Position numbers and translations under genes: made by a program. A DNA stretch of 64,000 nucleotides from positions 218,265 through 282,264 of the forward strand of contig JAZDKB010000009.1 in the NCBI GenBank assembly GCA_043803405.1. The letters run 5' to 3'. Origin of the DNA: Spirochaetota bacterium. Lineage in GTDB: Bacteria; Spirochaetota; UBA4802; JAFGDQ01. Of the stretch, positions 18,477 through 28,524 are shown piece by piece; the stretch's first letter is position 1, and each line of letters begins with the position of its first letter. A model generated the notes under the pieces. The model was given only the letters and a program-made list of their open reading frames with translations. It searched no databases and was not told the origin of the DNA.

Positions 18477-20645
18477 CTATCCTTCTATTATATTTTGGCG
18501 TCTTAACCCATAATGATACATCTGGCTAAGCACTTCCGATGCCAGTTCGACTGTGGAATATACTGGAAATCCTGCCTGTTCCATTTTAATTACATCGTTA
18601 ATCATGAATTCCTTGCAGGCCACACAGCATAGAACCGTCTTCCCCTTATAATCAATATTTTTCATAATTTCAACAAACGATCCCAGTATTTCACCCTGAA
18701 TTACCACTATAAAACTCTGAACATCGTTGCTGTCCAGACCTATTTCAATTAAAGTTTTTACCTGTTCCGGAGACATGGAAAATGAACAGTCTATAGGATT
18801 GGCTACATTTGCAAAATCCGGAAGAGCATCTCTTAGACGTTTCTGAAGCATTGTATCCAGCGCAGAGAGACGCATCCCCGAGAGATAAAGCATATCCGTT
18901 GCAGCTACTCCCAGCGAGCCTGTATAGGTAATGACCAGAACGCCGTTGCCTTTCGGAACAGGTTGCTTCGAGAAAGCGCGGATAAGCGCAAATAGATGTT
19001 CATTGTCGCGCGCGCGTATCACACCGCTTTGTTTGAAGGCTGCGCTGTTGATTTCGTCATTGCCGGCAAGCGAAGCAGTATGTGAAGATACGGCTTTCTT
19101 GCCTGCTTCAGTACGGCCGTTTTTAAGTACTATTACAGGCTTTCGAAGAGATGCCTTGCTTGCTACGTCAACAAATCTCCTGCCGCTGCGTACATCTTCC
19201 ATATACATAACTATAAGTGAGATGTGTTCATCTCCGCTTAAATATTCCAGAATGTCGGTTTCGTTTATATCCATCTTATTACCTATGGTAGCTACAATAC
19301 CGAAATCCTGTATATTGCTTAGTCCGGTAAGTATCCCTGCAGCATAGACTCCGGCCTGAGCTACCATCCCGACATTTCCTTTATTGAGATTGCCGAGCAG
19401 CCCTATCGATTGAACCATATTGTGATGTGTATTGATAACGCCCGAGCAATTGGGTCCCAGAATGCGGCAGCCATTTTCACGAATTATCGTTTTAAGCGAT
19501 TCCTGAACCCTTTTCCCTTCTTCGCCGCTTTCTGCAAAACCTGCTGCTTCAACCACAACAAATCTTACCCCTTTCCTGCAGCAGTCAGCTACAGCTGCTT
19601 CGACTGCTTTTGCCGGAACGATTATTATTGCCAGGTCAATGGGTTCCTGAACGTCCAGAATGGACTTATAAGTTTTAATGCCCATCATTAGGTCTTTTCC
19701 AGGATTGATGGGATAAAGTTTGCCGGGAAATTCATGATTTATAAGATTCCAGAGTACGTTGTAACCCAGTTTGCCTTTAACATCGGATGCGCCAATTATG
19801 GCAATACTATCCGGATAAAAGAAATCATGCATATTCGCATTACCTGATGCGGCAAAAAGGTCAGGCTGTACTGGTTCACGGACAAACATACGGGCATCTA
19901 CAACCGTATACCCGTCAGAGTATAAAAACAGCGGATTAAGATCCAGTTCGCTTATTTCAGGATTTTCAGCTACAAACATGGATACCTTCATAAGCAGTTT
20001 ACGAAGAGAATCAAGATCGACAGCCGCCTGCCCCCGGTGTCCCTTTAAAATAGCAGCTCCGCGAATTTCTTCAATCATTTCCGCGGCGTCCTTTTCTGTA
20101 ATCGGAAGAATGCGAAAAGAAACATCGCGCAGCACCTCAACGAACACGCCTCCGAGGCCGAACATAATAACGGGACCGAAATTCGGATCGCGCACCACGC
20201 CGATTATCGCTTCTACTCCCGGCCTGGCCATCTGTTGAACGCTGATACCTTCAATGTGCTGTTTTTTAAACTTTTTGCACATTTCATTGTACGTGGCGCG
20301 GACATTAGCCTGCCCTGTTACATTAAGTTTAACTCCGCCTGCATCAGTTTTATGGACCACATCCAGTGAAGCTATTTTTAAAACAACAGGAAAACCTATT
20401 TCTTTGCTGATGCTTGCGGCTTCTTTTTCGGAACGCGCAAGCAGATAACCGGTAGTTGAAACGCCAATATTCTCAAGTATCTCTTTGCTTTCATGCTCCA
20501 TCAGATAGCTGCGCTTTTCCAGCAAAGCCTGATCTATTATCTCTCTATGACTGTGTGTTTTTTGACGCGAATCCGTTTTATCCCGCTTATCACGCTTTGC
20601 GGATATAGCTTTTTTTTTGCGTGATGTGGAAACTTGCTTCTTCAT
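18477..20645 (-). CDS. ADP-forming acyl/acetate-CoA ligase, fused with the ATP-grasp (beta) domain first
   Basis: N-terminal HKTDAGGV/DLNPL ATP-grasp, then CoA-binding IIGAS, GPNC and phospho-His motif SHTASLAG. Confidence 0.9.
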   Translation of the reverse strand: MKKQVSTSRKKKAISAKRDKRDKTDSRQKTHSHREIIDQALLEKRSYLMEHESKEILENIGVSTTGYLLARSEKEAASISKEIGFPVVLKIASLDVVHKTDAGGVKLNVTGQANVRATYNEMCKKFKKQHIEGISVQQMARPGVEAIIGVVRDPNFGPVIMFGLGGVFVEVLRDVSFRILPITEKDAAEMIEEIRGAAILKGHRGQAAVDLDSLRKLLMKVSMFVAENPEISELDLNPLFLYSDGYTVVDARMFVREPVQPDLFAASGNANMHDFFYPDSIAIIGASDVKGKLGYNVLWNLINHEFPGKLYPINPGKDLMMGIKTYKSILDVQEPIDLAIIIVPAKAVEAAVADCCRKGVRFVVVEAAGFAESGEEGKRVQESLKTIIRENGCRILGPNCSGVINTHHNMVQSIGLLGNLNKGNVGMVAQAGVYAAGILTGLSNIQDFGIVATIGNKMDINETDILEYLSGDEHISLIVMYMEDVRSGRRFVDVASKASLRKPVIVLKNGRTEAGKKAVSSHTASLAGNDEINSAAFKQSGVIRARDNEHLFALIRAFSKQPVPKGNGVLVITYTGSLGVAATDMLYLSGMRLSALDTMLQKRLRDALPDFANVANPIDCSFSMSPEQVKTLIEIGLDSNDVQSFIVVIQGEILGSFVEIMKNIDYKGKTVLCCVACKEFMINDVIKMEQAGFPVYSTVELASEVLSQMYHYGLRRQNIIEG

Positions 20646-20813
20646 GCTGCTCTCTCCTTCGCATGCTATGGACAGCGCCCTCCATTTGACGCATCCAAAA
20701 CAGTATTGATTAGAATTATATGGAAAAATAATAGAAATTTTTTAAAAGGGAGGCTATATTGTCCACAATTTTTTTAAAAATCTTAAAGATTCTAAGTAAT
20801 TAAAAAAATTAAA

Positions 20814-21758
20814 TCAGGAGGGTTGTTTCCTGATAAGCAGCAGATATTCGTATTTATATAGATCTTCAATGAACTGGCATATCAATTCTGCCTCATCGCT
20901 TTGACTCCCTTTTAATTTCATAATGTAAATTAATTTATCGGTTAGTTCAAACGGAATATAGTCTGCGAAAGGGCCTCTGCGACATGAGTAGCCAAATGCT
21001 TCTGCGACCTTTTGAAGATAAGATAATTTTATTGTATATTCATCATGTCCCATAAGGGATATCTTTTCCGGGATTCCTTTTGATTCCATGTAAATAGGGA
21101 ACGGAATATTATCCGGAACAGCCGCTTCACAACTGTGCTCCCCGCAAAAAATATAGGGTATACCGGAAGCGCAGAGCTTTTCAATAATTTTCAAAGCCCC
21201 CAAATTAAAATTAAACTTATCGGACTCAGGCTTTTTAAGTATGTAGCTTTTAAATAAACGACGGGTTTCTATAAGGTCAGGATCGCCCGTTTTAAAATCA
21301 GAATTAAACAGCTCACAATTAAGATTAACCAGTGTCGGAAAATCACCGAGGTTCTCATTGAGAATTGCCAGATCGAACTTTTTCAGAAAGTCCGGTTCGG
21401 TCTCCAGGAAATCCTCGTTCCTGAATGACACAGTGTGTGATCGAAGCGTTTCTTTTTGCTTCTCCAAAAGAGCGTTTGAAATATCCACCATGCATGCCTC
21501 AAAGGAATTCCGGTCAAGGAAATCCTTCATCAGGTAACCGTACCCCCCGCCTATCTCAATGACTTTTTTTATTTCTTTTAGGGGAATAAACTGACTTAAA
21601 AATTCATACAGCAGATTGCCGTAGGATTGATTATTAAACAGTATTTTTCGAAGAGGCGTGTTTTCAGGTTGGAGTGAATTACAGACAGTAAGTTCCCATC
21701 CCAGCGTATTCAGCTTTTCCGTGTGATATGCAATTGTTGTATTAAGATAATAATCCAT
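20814..21758 (-). CDS. class I SAM-dependent methyltransferase
   Basis: VIEIGGGYG motif I, VDIS, LNE. Confidence 0.75.
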   Translation of the reverse strand: MDYYLNTTIAYHTEKLNTLGWELTVCNSLQPENTPLRKILFNNQSYGNLLYEFLSQFIPLKEIKKVIEIGGGYGYLMKDFLDRNSFEACMVDISNALLEKQKETLRSHTVSFRNEDFLETEPDFLKKFDLAILNENLGDFPTLVNLNCELFNSDFKTGDPDLIETRRLFKSYILKKPESDKFNFNLGALKIIEKLCASGIPYIFCGEHSCEAAVPDNIPFPIYMESKGIPEKISLMGHDEYTIKLSYLQKVAEAFGYSCRRGPFADYIPFELTDKLIYIMKLKGSQSDEAELICQFIEDLYKYEYLLLIRKQPS

Positions 21759-21841
21759 TTAATAAATTTCTTTAAGCAGGCTGCAGGGTTTAATTCTAAA
21801 AAATTCCTTCTACTCACAATCTTAAATGTATCAATGTAGTA

Positions 21842-22285
21842 CTATTCATCAACATACTTATCATTAAACCATGTTCCTTCTTTTTGCGTCCCGTCGCTGT
21901 AATAATATATCCCCTTGCCGTGCATTTTATTGAATCTGCTTTCCCCTGTATATTTATCGCCGTTCGGCCATGTCCATGTGCCAATTCCGTCTATAAATCC
22001 GTTTTTAAATTCTCCGGCATACTGGCCGCCGGTGCTGCTTGATCCTTTTCCGAAAAAGAAAGTTCCCTGCCCGTGCATGGCACCGTTTTTGAACTGTCCT
22101 TTATACTTGCTGCCGTTTTCCCATGTATATGTGCCGGTACCGTTTACGCAATTGCCTTCTACGCACCCATATACAGCAGCAGGAATTTTATCCCTTTTTT
22201 CTTGAGTAGCAGTTGTTATTGTTTTACAGCCGAAGATAAATAGCGGGAAAAGAAACATAAAAATTACAACAGTTTTCTTTAGCAC
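21842..22285 (-). CDS. MORN-repeat lipoprotein
   Basis: Lipobox IFGC; repeated Y.G.F.NG..HG.G units. Confidence 0.88.
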   Translation of the reverse strand: MLKKTVVIFMFLFPLFIFGCKTITTATQEKRDKIPAAVYGCVEGNCVNGTGTYTWENGSKYKGQFKNGAMHGQGTFFFGKGSSSTGGQYAGEFKNGFIDGIGTWTWPNGDKYTGESRFNKMHGKGIYYYSDGTQKEGTWFNDKYVDE

Positions 22286-22318
22286 ATTTCCTCCTTGGGA
22301 AAATTATAATATTAATTT

Positions 22319-23599
22319 TTAATTCGACAAAATTTCATTAAACTTATCAAACACTTCTTTTTCCGATAAAATTGTATTATGATCGGCATTAAAACCAAAA
22401 ATACCCTTGGCTCCGGAATACGCACGCGCGTCAAGTGCCCTGCCTTTGGACGTGTTGTCGTTCTTGCCGAAAAAAAGATAATAATCAATTGAAGAAGAAA
22501 TATTTTTATCCAGTAATGTTTTTATGAACATGCTGTGTGATGATACGTCGATCCAGCTGGGCAAAACATACGGAGCAGTTTTCAAAGCTGCATCGGCAAA
22601 CTCGAATCCCGACCACGGAGTGGCAAATGTAGCATAAAGCTTAATTAATTTTTCTTTGTCTCCGCAATAGGTCGTCAGCATGGAGCGTGTAACAAGACCG
22701 CCCATGCTGTGAGCGATTAAATAAAGCCGTTTAAAACGATATTTCTGCTCCAGTTCTTTTATTTTTATATAAAGAAGTTTTGAAAGCAGCGGCAACCTTA
22801 AACCTGCAGGATAATAAAAAAACAACGGCTGATATTTTTTTTTGTCCAGGCGTACATAAAAGTAAGCCCAGTCCTGCGGGGAACCCTGAGCGCCGTGCAC
22901 AAATAAAACCGGGATTTTTGAAGGATCATAATTTGCGGTTAAATAAATATTTGCGCCAAACGCTTTCATGAATAACGACGGATGCCACCATCCGATCTTT
23001 GCATTATCTGAAGAAAATATTTCACTGTATATTTTTCTTATCTGGCCGTTATAAGTTGTGTATTCAATGCTGTTATAATTGTATTGAACGGAAAATTTTT
23101 CGGGTAATTTAATTCCATTTAACTCTGAACTGCCGATATTCAGATTAATATCATTCCTGATTTCATTGTTTTTTAAAACGATTTTATCGGGTCTGCCGTA
23201 TACCCCGGTAATTTCATTTCCGTCAAAGATATAATCATTATTCGAGTCGGTGATTGCATACAGATAATACACGCCTTCCGGCAAATAAAGCATAAAGTTA
23301 GTTGTATGGTTAAGAATAACATAGCTCGTTATATATTTTTTTTCTTCCGTTACAGGATTAACGGAATATGCAAGAATTACAACCGGCTGCTCTTTTAACT
23401 CTTTCAAATTTATCGAGCCCATAATCACGGAAGTATTATTCTCTGGATAATCCTTTACATTTATTACAGTGCTTTTTTTAACACGCATGGAATCCGTGTC
23501 ATCTATACTCAGGAATGAACAGGACATAAAAATAAAAAATATATTTATTAAACAATAAAACCGGTTTTTAATTTTCATAAATGATAAATGTTCATGCAA
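22319..23599 (-). CDS. alpha/beta-hydrolase (lipase/PGAP1-like) lipoprotein
   Basis: PVLFVHG, AHSMGG nucleophile elbow, TPWSG, C-terminal DH. Confidence 0.8.
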   Translation of the reverse strand: MHEHLSFMKIKNRFYCLINIFFIFMSCSFLSIDDTDSMRVKKSTVINVKDYPENNTSVIMGSINLKELKEQPVVILAYSVNPVTEEKKYITSYVILNHTTNFMLYLPEGVYYLYAITDSNNDYIFDGNEITGVYGRPDKIVLKNNEIRNDINLNIGSSELNGIKLPEKFSVQYNYNSIEYTTYNGQIRKIYSEIFSSDNAKIGWWHPSLFMKAFGANIYLTANYDPSKIPVLFVHGAQGSPQDWAYFYVRLDKKKYQPLFFYYPAGLRLPLLSKLLYIKIKELEQKYRFKRLYLIAHSMGGLVTRSMLTTYCGDKEKLIKLYATFATPWSGFEFADAALKTAPYVLPSWIDVSSHSMFIKTLLDKNISSSIDYYLFFGKNDNTSKGRALDARAYSGAKGIFGFNADHNTILSEKEVFDKFNEILSN

Positions 23600-24796
23600 T
23601 TATTTAACTTGCTGATTTTTAAATTTTGAAATCAGATTGATTATCTTCTCATTCTTTTTTGCTTTTGCTAATGTTAATGCATCTTTATTAAAATTATCTA
23701 CTATATCCAAATCTGCTTTATTCTGCAGCAACAGTTCGGCTATATAATAATAATTATTTTCAGATGCTTTCATCAACGCTGTCTGGCCTGTTTTGTCCTG
23801 TATATTAGCTTCAGCGCCGTTGTCCAGCAATTGCGCCACTGCATCATAGCAATTATAGTTTGCTGCCTTAATGAGAGCAGTCTGTCCAGTGCTGTCCCGG
23901 GTATCAATTTTAGCACCCTTTTCAATCAATTGTGTAACTATATTATCATAATTATATAATGCCGCAAACATAAGAGCGGTCTGCCCGCTTTTATCCTGTA
24001 TGTTGACATCACATCCTTTATTTATTATTAGGGATGCAGCGCTATCAAATTTATAACTTATTGCCTGCATTAGAGCCGTCTGCCCAATATTGTCCTGTAT
24101 ATTCAGATCAAATTTGTTCTGAAGCATTATTAAAACAATATCATCGTACTTCCAGTATACTGCAAGCATAAGCGCTGTCTGTCCATCCTTATTCTTAATG
24201 TTTAAATTTTTATCGAATGGAGCCATGATTTTAGCAGCGCTGAAATATTTATTTTTCAAAGCAAACATTAACGGTGTGTCTCCGTTTGCGTCAAGTGTCG
24301 AATGACAATCAGGCTTTGAGCTTAATATTTTAACGATAGCATTAAGCTTATATTCGATAGCTATAGTCATTGCCGTATATCCGTACGAATCCGGAAGTTT
24401 TACATTCGCATTTTTATTCAGTAAAATTTGTACAATTTCCGGTTTATTATATTTAACAGCAGTCATTAACGCTGTAAATCCATCCTCATCCTGAATATCC
24501 GGATCGGCATTCCGTGATACCAGGTATTCAACAAGGCCTGTGTGTCCGTACTGTGAAGCATAAATTAACGCGGTTTTATTATCAGAATCCCCGTGATTGA
24601 CATCAACGATCTTCTCTTCAACACACGTCATAACCATTATAATGTTACTTGTTTCAATATATTTAAAGAACGCGGATTCAGGATTGGAGTAGGAATAGGA
24701 AATCTCTCTGTTGTATAAACGAATAACGTCCGAAGAAGCGCAATGCATACAAAGAGATAATAATAAAGAGGTAATAATTAATATATGCTTTTTCAT
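23600..24796 (-). CDS. ankyrin-repeat protein, probably exported/lipoprotein
   Basis: About ten G.TALM.A ankyrin repeats; hydrophobic leader with Cys. Confidence 0.92.
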   Translation of the reverse strand: MKKHILIITSLLLSLCMHCASSDVIRLYNREISYSYSNPESAFFKYIETSNIIMVMTCVEEKIVDVNHGDSDNKTALIYASQYGHTGLVEYLVSRNADPDIQDEDGFTALMTAVKYNKPEIVQILLNKNANVKLPDSYGYTAMTIAIEYKLNAIVKILSSKPDCHSTLDANGDTPLMFALKNKYFSAAKIMAPFDKNLNIKNKDGQTALMLAVYWKYDDIVLIMLQNKFDLNIQDNIGQTALMQAISYKFDSAASLIINKGCDVNIQDKSGQTALMFAALYNYDNIVTQLIEKGAKIDTRDSTGQTALIKAANYNCYDAVAQLLDNGAEANIQDKTGQTALMKASENNYYYIAELLLQNKADLDIVDNFNKDALTLAKAKKNEKIINLISKFKNQQVK

Positions 24797-24798
24797 AT

Positions 24799-25461
24799 TT
24801 ACATGAAGCCTTCTTCCATTAAAATACGCCTGAGCTTTTTATTCTGCTGCTCATGATCATCTGCTGCTGTTCCGGCCATTTTCTCAACATATTTTGAAAG
24901 GATATCGATTTCAATATTTACTTCCGCGCCGGTTTTTTTTTCAATGAGAGTTGTATTTTTAATTGTTTCCGGAATAATATATAATCTGAAGCCGCTGTCG
25001 GATAACGCAACAACAGTAAGCGAAATACCGTCTACGGCAATCGAACCTTTTGCTACAATATATTTTGATATCCCTTTGGATACTGCGATCTCGATGCTTA
25101 ACCCGCTGCCGTCTTTTGCTATTGATTTGATTTTCCCTCTTCCGTCAATATGCCCCTGCACAAAATGCCCGCCAAACCTTGCGTCTGCGGACATCGCCCT
25201 CTCAAGGTTAACCCTTCTGCCGGATGATAATGAACCGAAGGTAGTTGCCTCCATAGTAACTTTTGATGCAAACACGGTAAAGGAATCGTCCGTAAATCCG
25301 GTTACAGTCTGGCATGCCCCGTCTATCGAAATTGAATCACCGGTCTTGATATTGTTCAGGACTTTCGCAGCGGATACCGTTAAATAAATCCCTCCGCCGG
25401 ATTCACCTGAAGATTTTACCGATTTAACAATCCCGATTTCCTCAATTAATCCTGTAAACAT
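24799..25461 (-). CDS. ribE: riboflavin synthase alpha chain
   Basis: MFTGLIEE start, GGHFVQGHIDG, GSIAVDGISLT. Confidence 0.95.
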   Translation of the reverse strand: MFTGLIEEIGIVKSVKSSGESGGGIYLTVSAAKVLNNIKTGDSISIDGACQTVTGFTDDSFTVFASKVTMEATTFGSLSSGRRVNLERAMSADARFGGHFVQGHIDGRGKIKSIAKDGSGLSIEIAVSKGISKYIVAKGSIAVDGISLTVVALSDSGFRLYIIPETIKNTTLIEKKTGAEVNIEIDILSKYVEKMAGTAADDHEQQNKKLRRILMEEGFM

Positions 25462-26699
25462 TCGGTTTCCCTGCAAACACCCAGAGTCGGCTCTGAATAA
25501 GCATTATATAAGATGTCGTCCTTAAGCATCACAGCCGAAACGTCGTGAAGAATTTGCGATTCCGATATAAGCTGCCTTCCTTCCGCGTGAACGACATCCT
25601 TTCCGCTGCCCAGTAATCTCGGAGTAATAAAGTAAATGAACTGATCTATTTCACCTGCGTCGAAAAATGAACCTGCTGCAGTTCCGCCTCCTTCAACCAT
25701 AACCGTCATTTTACCGCGATTGTATAATTCATGCAGAACGATTCGCACCAGTTCTTTTCCCGTATTCCATTGAGTAAATATTATATTCTTCGATTTTATT
25801 AGCCCGTTAATATCATCCGATTCGTTTTCTTTTAATATTTTTTCTTTTTTTGCTTCATCAACAAAAAGTAAAAAATTATTATCTTTAAAAATTTTTTTAT
25901 TAAAATCGATCTTTTCGGGTGAGCCTATCACAACCCGCAAAGGCGAAACCAGGGAATCGATTTTAATTTGTTTTAAAAGCATTTCAATAAAAAAACTCCC
26001 CCTGCCCGTTATTTTAAATTCAGATCTTCTGAAATATTCTTTAACAGTATCCTTAAATGAATCGAGTCTTACATCCAGACCGGGATCATCCTTAAGCATT
26101 GTATTCTTTCCGATAATTACTGCATCCATGATTGACCGGAGCTTATGCGCTACATATCTGGAATAGTCGGAGGAAATCCATTTTGAATCCCCGGATTTTG
26201 CCGCAATCTTTCCATCAAGCGTAAGCGCCGATTTATGGATTATATAAGGAGTCTTTTTAAAAATATATTTTTTAAAATGTCTTATAAGGTCATAAGCTCT
26301 TTCGGACATATCAGACATAAAAACTACATCAATTCCCGCGTTCCGTAACGTTTCCACTCCTTTGCCTGCGACAGCGGGATTCGGATCCAGCACGGGAATA
26401 TAGACACGCGATATTTTCGATGCCTTTATGGCGTCGGTGCATGGCGGTGTACGTTTATCGTAGTGGCAGCAAGGTTCAAGGGATACATACATTTCTGCGC
26501 CGGATACATCCGTGCGTGCGTTTTTTAAAGCGTAAACTTCAGCATGATCCGAACCGCAAGGCGCAGTGCCTCCCGTCGATATAATTTCCCCGTTCTTTAC
26601 AATAACAGCGCCCACCGAAGGATTCGGGGATGTTTTACCAAGCCGTGAGAATCCGATCTCGAGCGCCAGTTCCATTAGCTTTCTGCTATTCTCCGACAC
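25446..26699 (-). CDS. ribD: bifunctional riboflavin deaminase/reductase
   Basis: PNPSVGAV, HAE, LEPCCH...PPC, LDGKIA, VEGG. Confidence 0.95.
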   Translation of the reverse strand: MSENSRKLMELALEIGFSRLGKTSPNPSVGAVIVKNGEIISTGGTAPCGSDHAEVYALKNARTDVSGAEMYVSLEPCCHYDKRTPPCTDAIKASKISRVYIPVLDPNPAVAGKGVETLRNAGIDVVFMSDMSERAYDLIRHFKKYIFKKTPYIIHKSALTLDGKIAAKSGDSKWISSDYSRYVAHKLRSIMDAVIIGKNTMLKDDPGLDVRLDSFKDTVKEYFRRSEFKITGRGSFFIEMLLKQIKIDSLVSPLRVVIGSPEKIDFNKKIFKDNNFLLFVDEAKKEKILKENESDDINGLIKSKNIIFTQWNTGKELVRIVLHELYNRGKMTVMVEGGGTAAGSFFDAGEIDQFIYFITPRLLGSGKDVVHAEGRQLISESQILHDVSAVMLKDDILYNAYSEPTLGVCRETECLQD

Positions 26700-27621
26700 T
26701 GCCTACTCCATATTGCTCATATAATTTTTTTCTATCATCCGATAAATTTAATTTTTGAGTTAAAGAATCTTTTAAATCATTTACCGCAGAATCATTATAA
26801 CTTTTTGCAGATAAATATCCGCCTATGATGCTGCCACCGTAAAAAAAAGTCGCTGCAGTCCCGACGAATACCCCGATTGCTTTATTATCTGTCTTAAACG
26901 AGTAATATGTTAAAGCAGACAATACTGAAATCAGAAAAAATGCAATTACGCCTGTCGCAGTCCGGTCGGCATAAACGTAACCCATACCGGGTATTGCTCC
27001 CAAAGCAATAGCATTGCAAGGGTTTTTTAAGTTCGCGTAAATTTCATCACTATAATCAATTAACTCGAAAATGTTTTTGTTTGCATCATTAAGACCGATA
27101 TTTATTTTTTTATTATATACAATACTCTTTGCTTCATCAAGCTTTTTCAGCATTATGTATGAAAGTAAAGTCCTTTTATACAAATAAAGATTAAAATCAT
27201 CGCCTGCTGAATTTGTAATTGAATTAGCCAGGTTAACTGCTTTAATGAATTCATTATTATGAATAAAAGCATCACTTATAAAAACAGAATGGATTGCATT
27301 CATCCTTAAATCAGTTCTAAAGTTCATCAGAAGAATATCAGAATACCTGCGCCCGTTATAAAGCAGAAAAAGCTCCGTAGTAAAATAAGTATTATTATTT
27401 ATATATCCGGGATAATATGAATTTAAACGTTTTAATTCCGAATATGCCCTGTAATACTCATTCTGTGAAATGAGATGTTTAACAAATCCAAGCATGCTGC
27501 CGGCGCTGTATTCTTTAACGGTTGTTTCAGCACTCTGATTTGTATTCGAATAAACAATCGTTGGAATTAATTGTAATAGTAAAAAAGCAGCTAATAAAAT
27601 TAATTTTAAAGATAATATCAC
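26686..27621 (-). CDS. hypothetical protein, TPR-like N-terminus with C-terminal membrane segments
   Basis: Helical N-terminal region; IPGMGYVY followed by two TM segments. Confidence 0.6.
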   Translation of the reverse strand: MILSLKLILLAAFLLLQLIPTIVYSNTNQSAETTVKEYSAGSMLGFVKHLISQNEYYRAYSELKRLNSYYPGYINNNTYFTTELFLLYNGRRYSDILLMNFRTDLRMNAIHSVFISDAFIHNNEFIKAVNLANSITNSAGDDFNLYLYKRTLLSYIMLKKLDEAKSIVYNKKINIGLNDANKNIFELIDYSDEIYANLKNPCNAIALGAIPGMGYVYADRTATGVIAFFLISVLSALTYYSFKTDNKAIGVFVGTAATFFYGGSIIGGYLSAKSYNDSAVNDLKDSLTQKLNLSDDRKKLYEQYGVGSVGE

Positions 27622-27629
27622 AATTTATT

Positions 27630-28514
27630 CTATTTAGAAGTTAATTTCTCCCACCAGAGGACCACCGGAGACGCGATATATATAGTGGAATAAGATCCGA
27701 CAATAAGACCGAATATCAGCACCTTGGAAAAGCTGTGAAGTGCTTCGCCGCCCAGAAAAAAAATCGCTATAACCGAAAATAATGTCAGCATGGATGTCAG
27801 TATCGTTCTTCCCAGCATTTGAGATACTGATTTATTAATAATATCACTGAACATCTGCTTGGACTCGATATTTATGTTCTCTCTAATCCGGTCAAAAATT
27901 ACAATAGTATCATTTACGGAATATCCGGCAAGTGTAAGGATTGCAGATATGACAGGTATGTCCATTTCAATTCTCATTATGCCGCAAAAAGCCATTGAAA
28001 GGGCAATATCGTGTAAAAGTGCAGTTATTGCGCCTACGGCATATTTAAACTCAAATCTGAATGCCAGGTAAACCATTATCAGGACAAGGGCAATTATTAT
28101 ACTATATAAAGCTGATTTCCTGAGATAGGCGCCAATTGCAGGCCCCACAGTTTCAACACTGATAACATCCAGTTTTTTAAATTCTTTATCCAGAGCGCCT
28201 TTGACTATCTGATAACTTTTTTCCGATGTCTCGCCTTCGCCGTGAAGCTTACTGCCGATTATGTAGTTATTGTCCTCTTCTTTACCTATTTGCTGCACAG
28301 TGGCACTGACATTGTTTTTAGTAAAAACGCCTCTTATTTTAGCAATATCAACTCCCTTTTCGAATTTTATTATAGTCTTAACTCCGCCGTTAAAATCAAT
28401 CCCCCAGTTAAAGCCATCATTCAAATAAGTCGCAAATGAAAAGATTACGATTAAAGCAATAGACACCCCGATAGCAATAAATCTGTACTTTAGAAAATCA
28501 ACTATTCTTTCCAA
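27630..28514 (-). CDS. secF: protein translocase subunit SecF
   Basis: GIDFNGG, GYSVNDTIVIFDRIRE, GSYSTIYIASP. Confidence 0.96.
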   Translation of the reverse strand: MERIVDFLKYRFIAIGVSIALIVIFSFATYLNDGFNWGIDFNGGVKTIIKFEKGVDIAKIRGVFTKNNVSATVQQIGKEEDNNYIIGSKLHGEGETSEKSYQIVKGALDKEFKKLDVISVETVGPAIGAYLRKSALYSIIIALVLIMVYLAFRFEFKYAVGAITALLHDIALSMAFCGIMRIEMDIPVISAILTLAGYSVNDTIVIFDRIRENINIESKQMFSDIINKSVSQMLGRTILTSMLTLFSVIAIFFLGGEALHSFSKVLIFGLIVGSYSTIYIASPVVLWWEKLTSK

Positions 28515-28524
28515 GGGAGACTCC

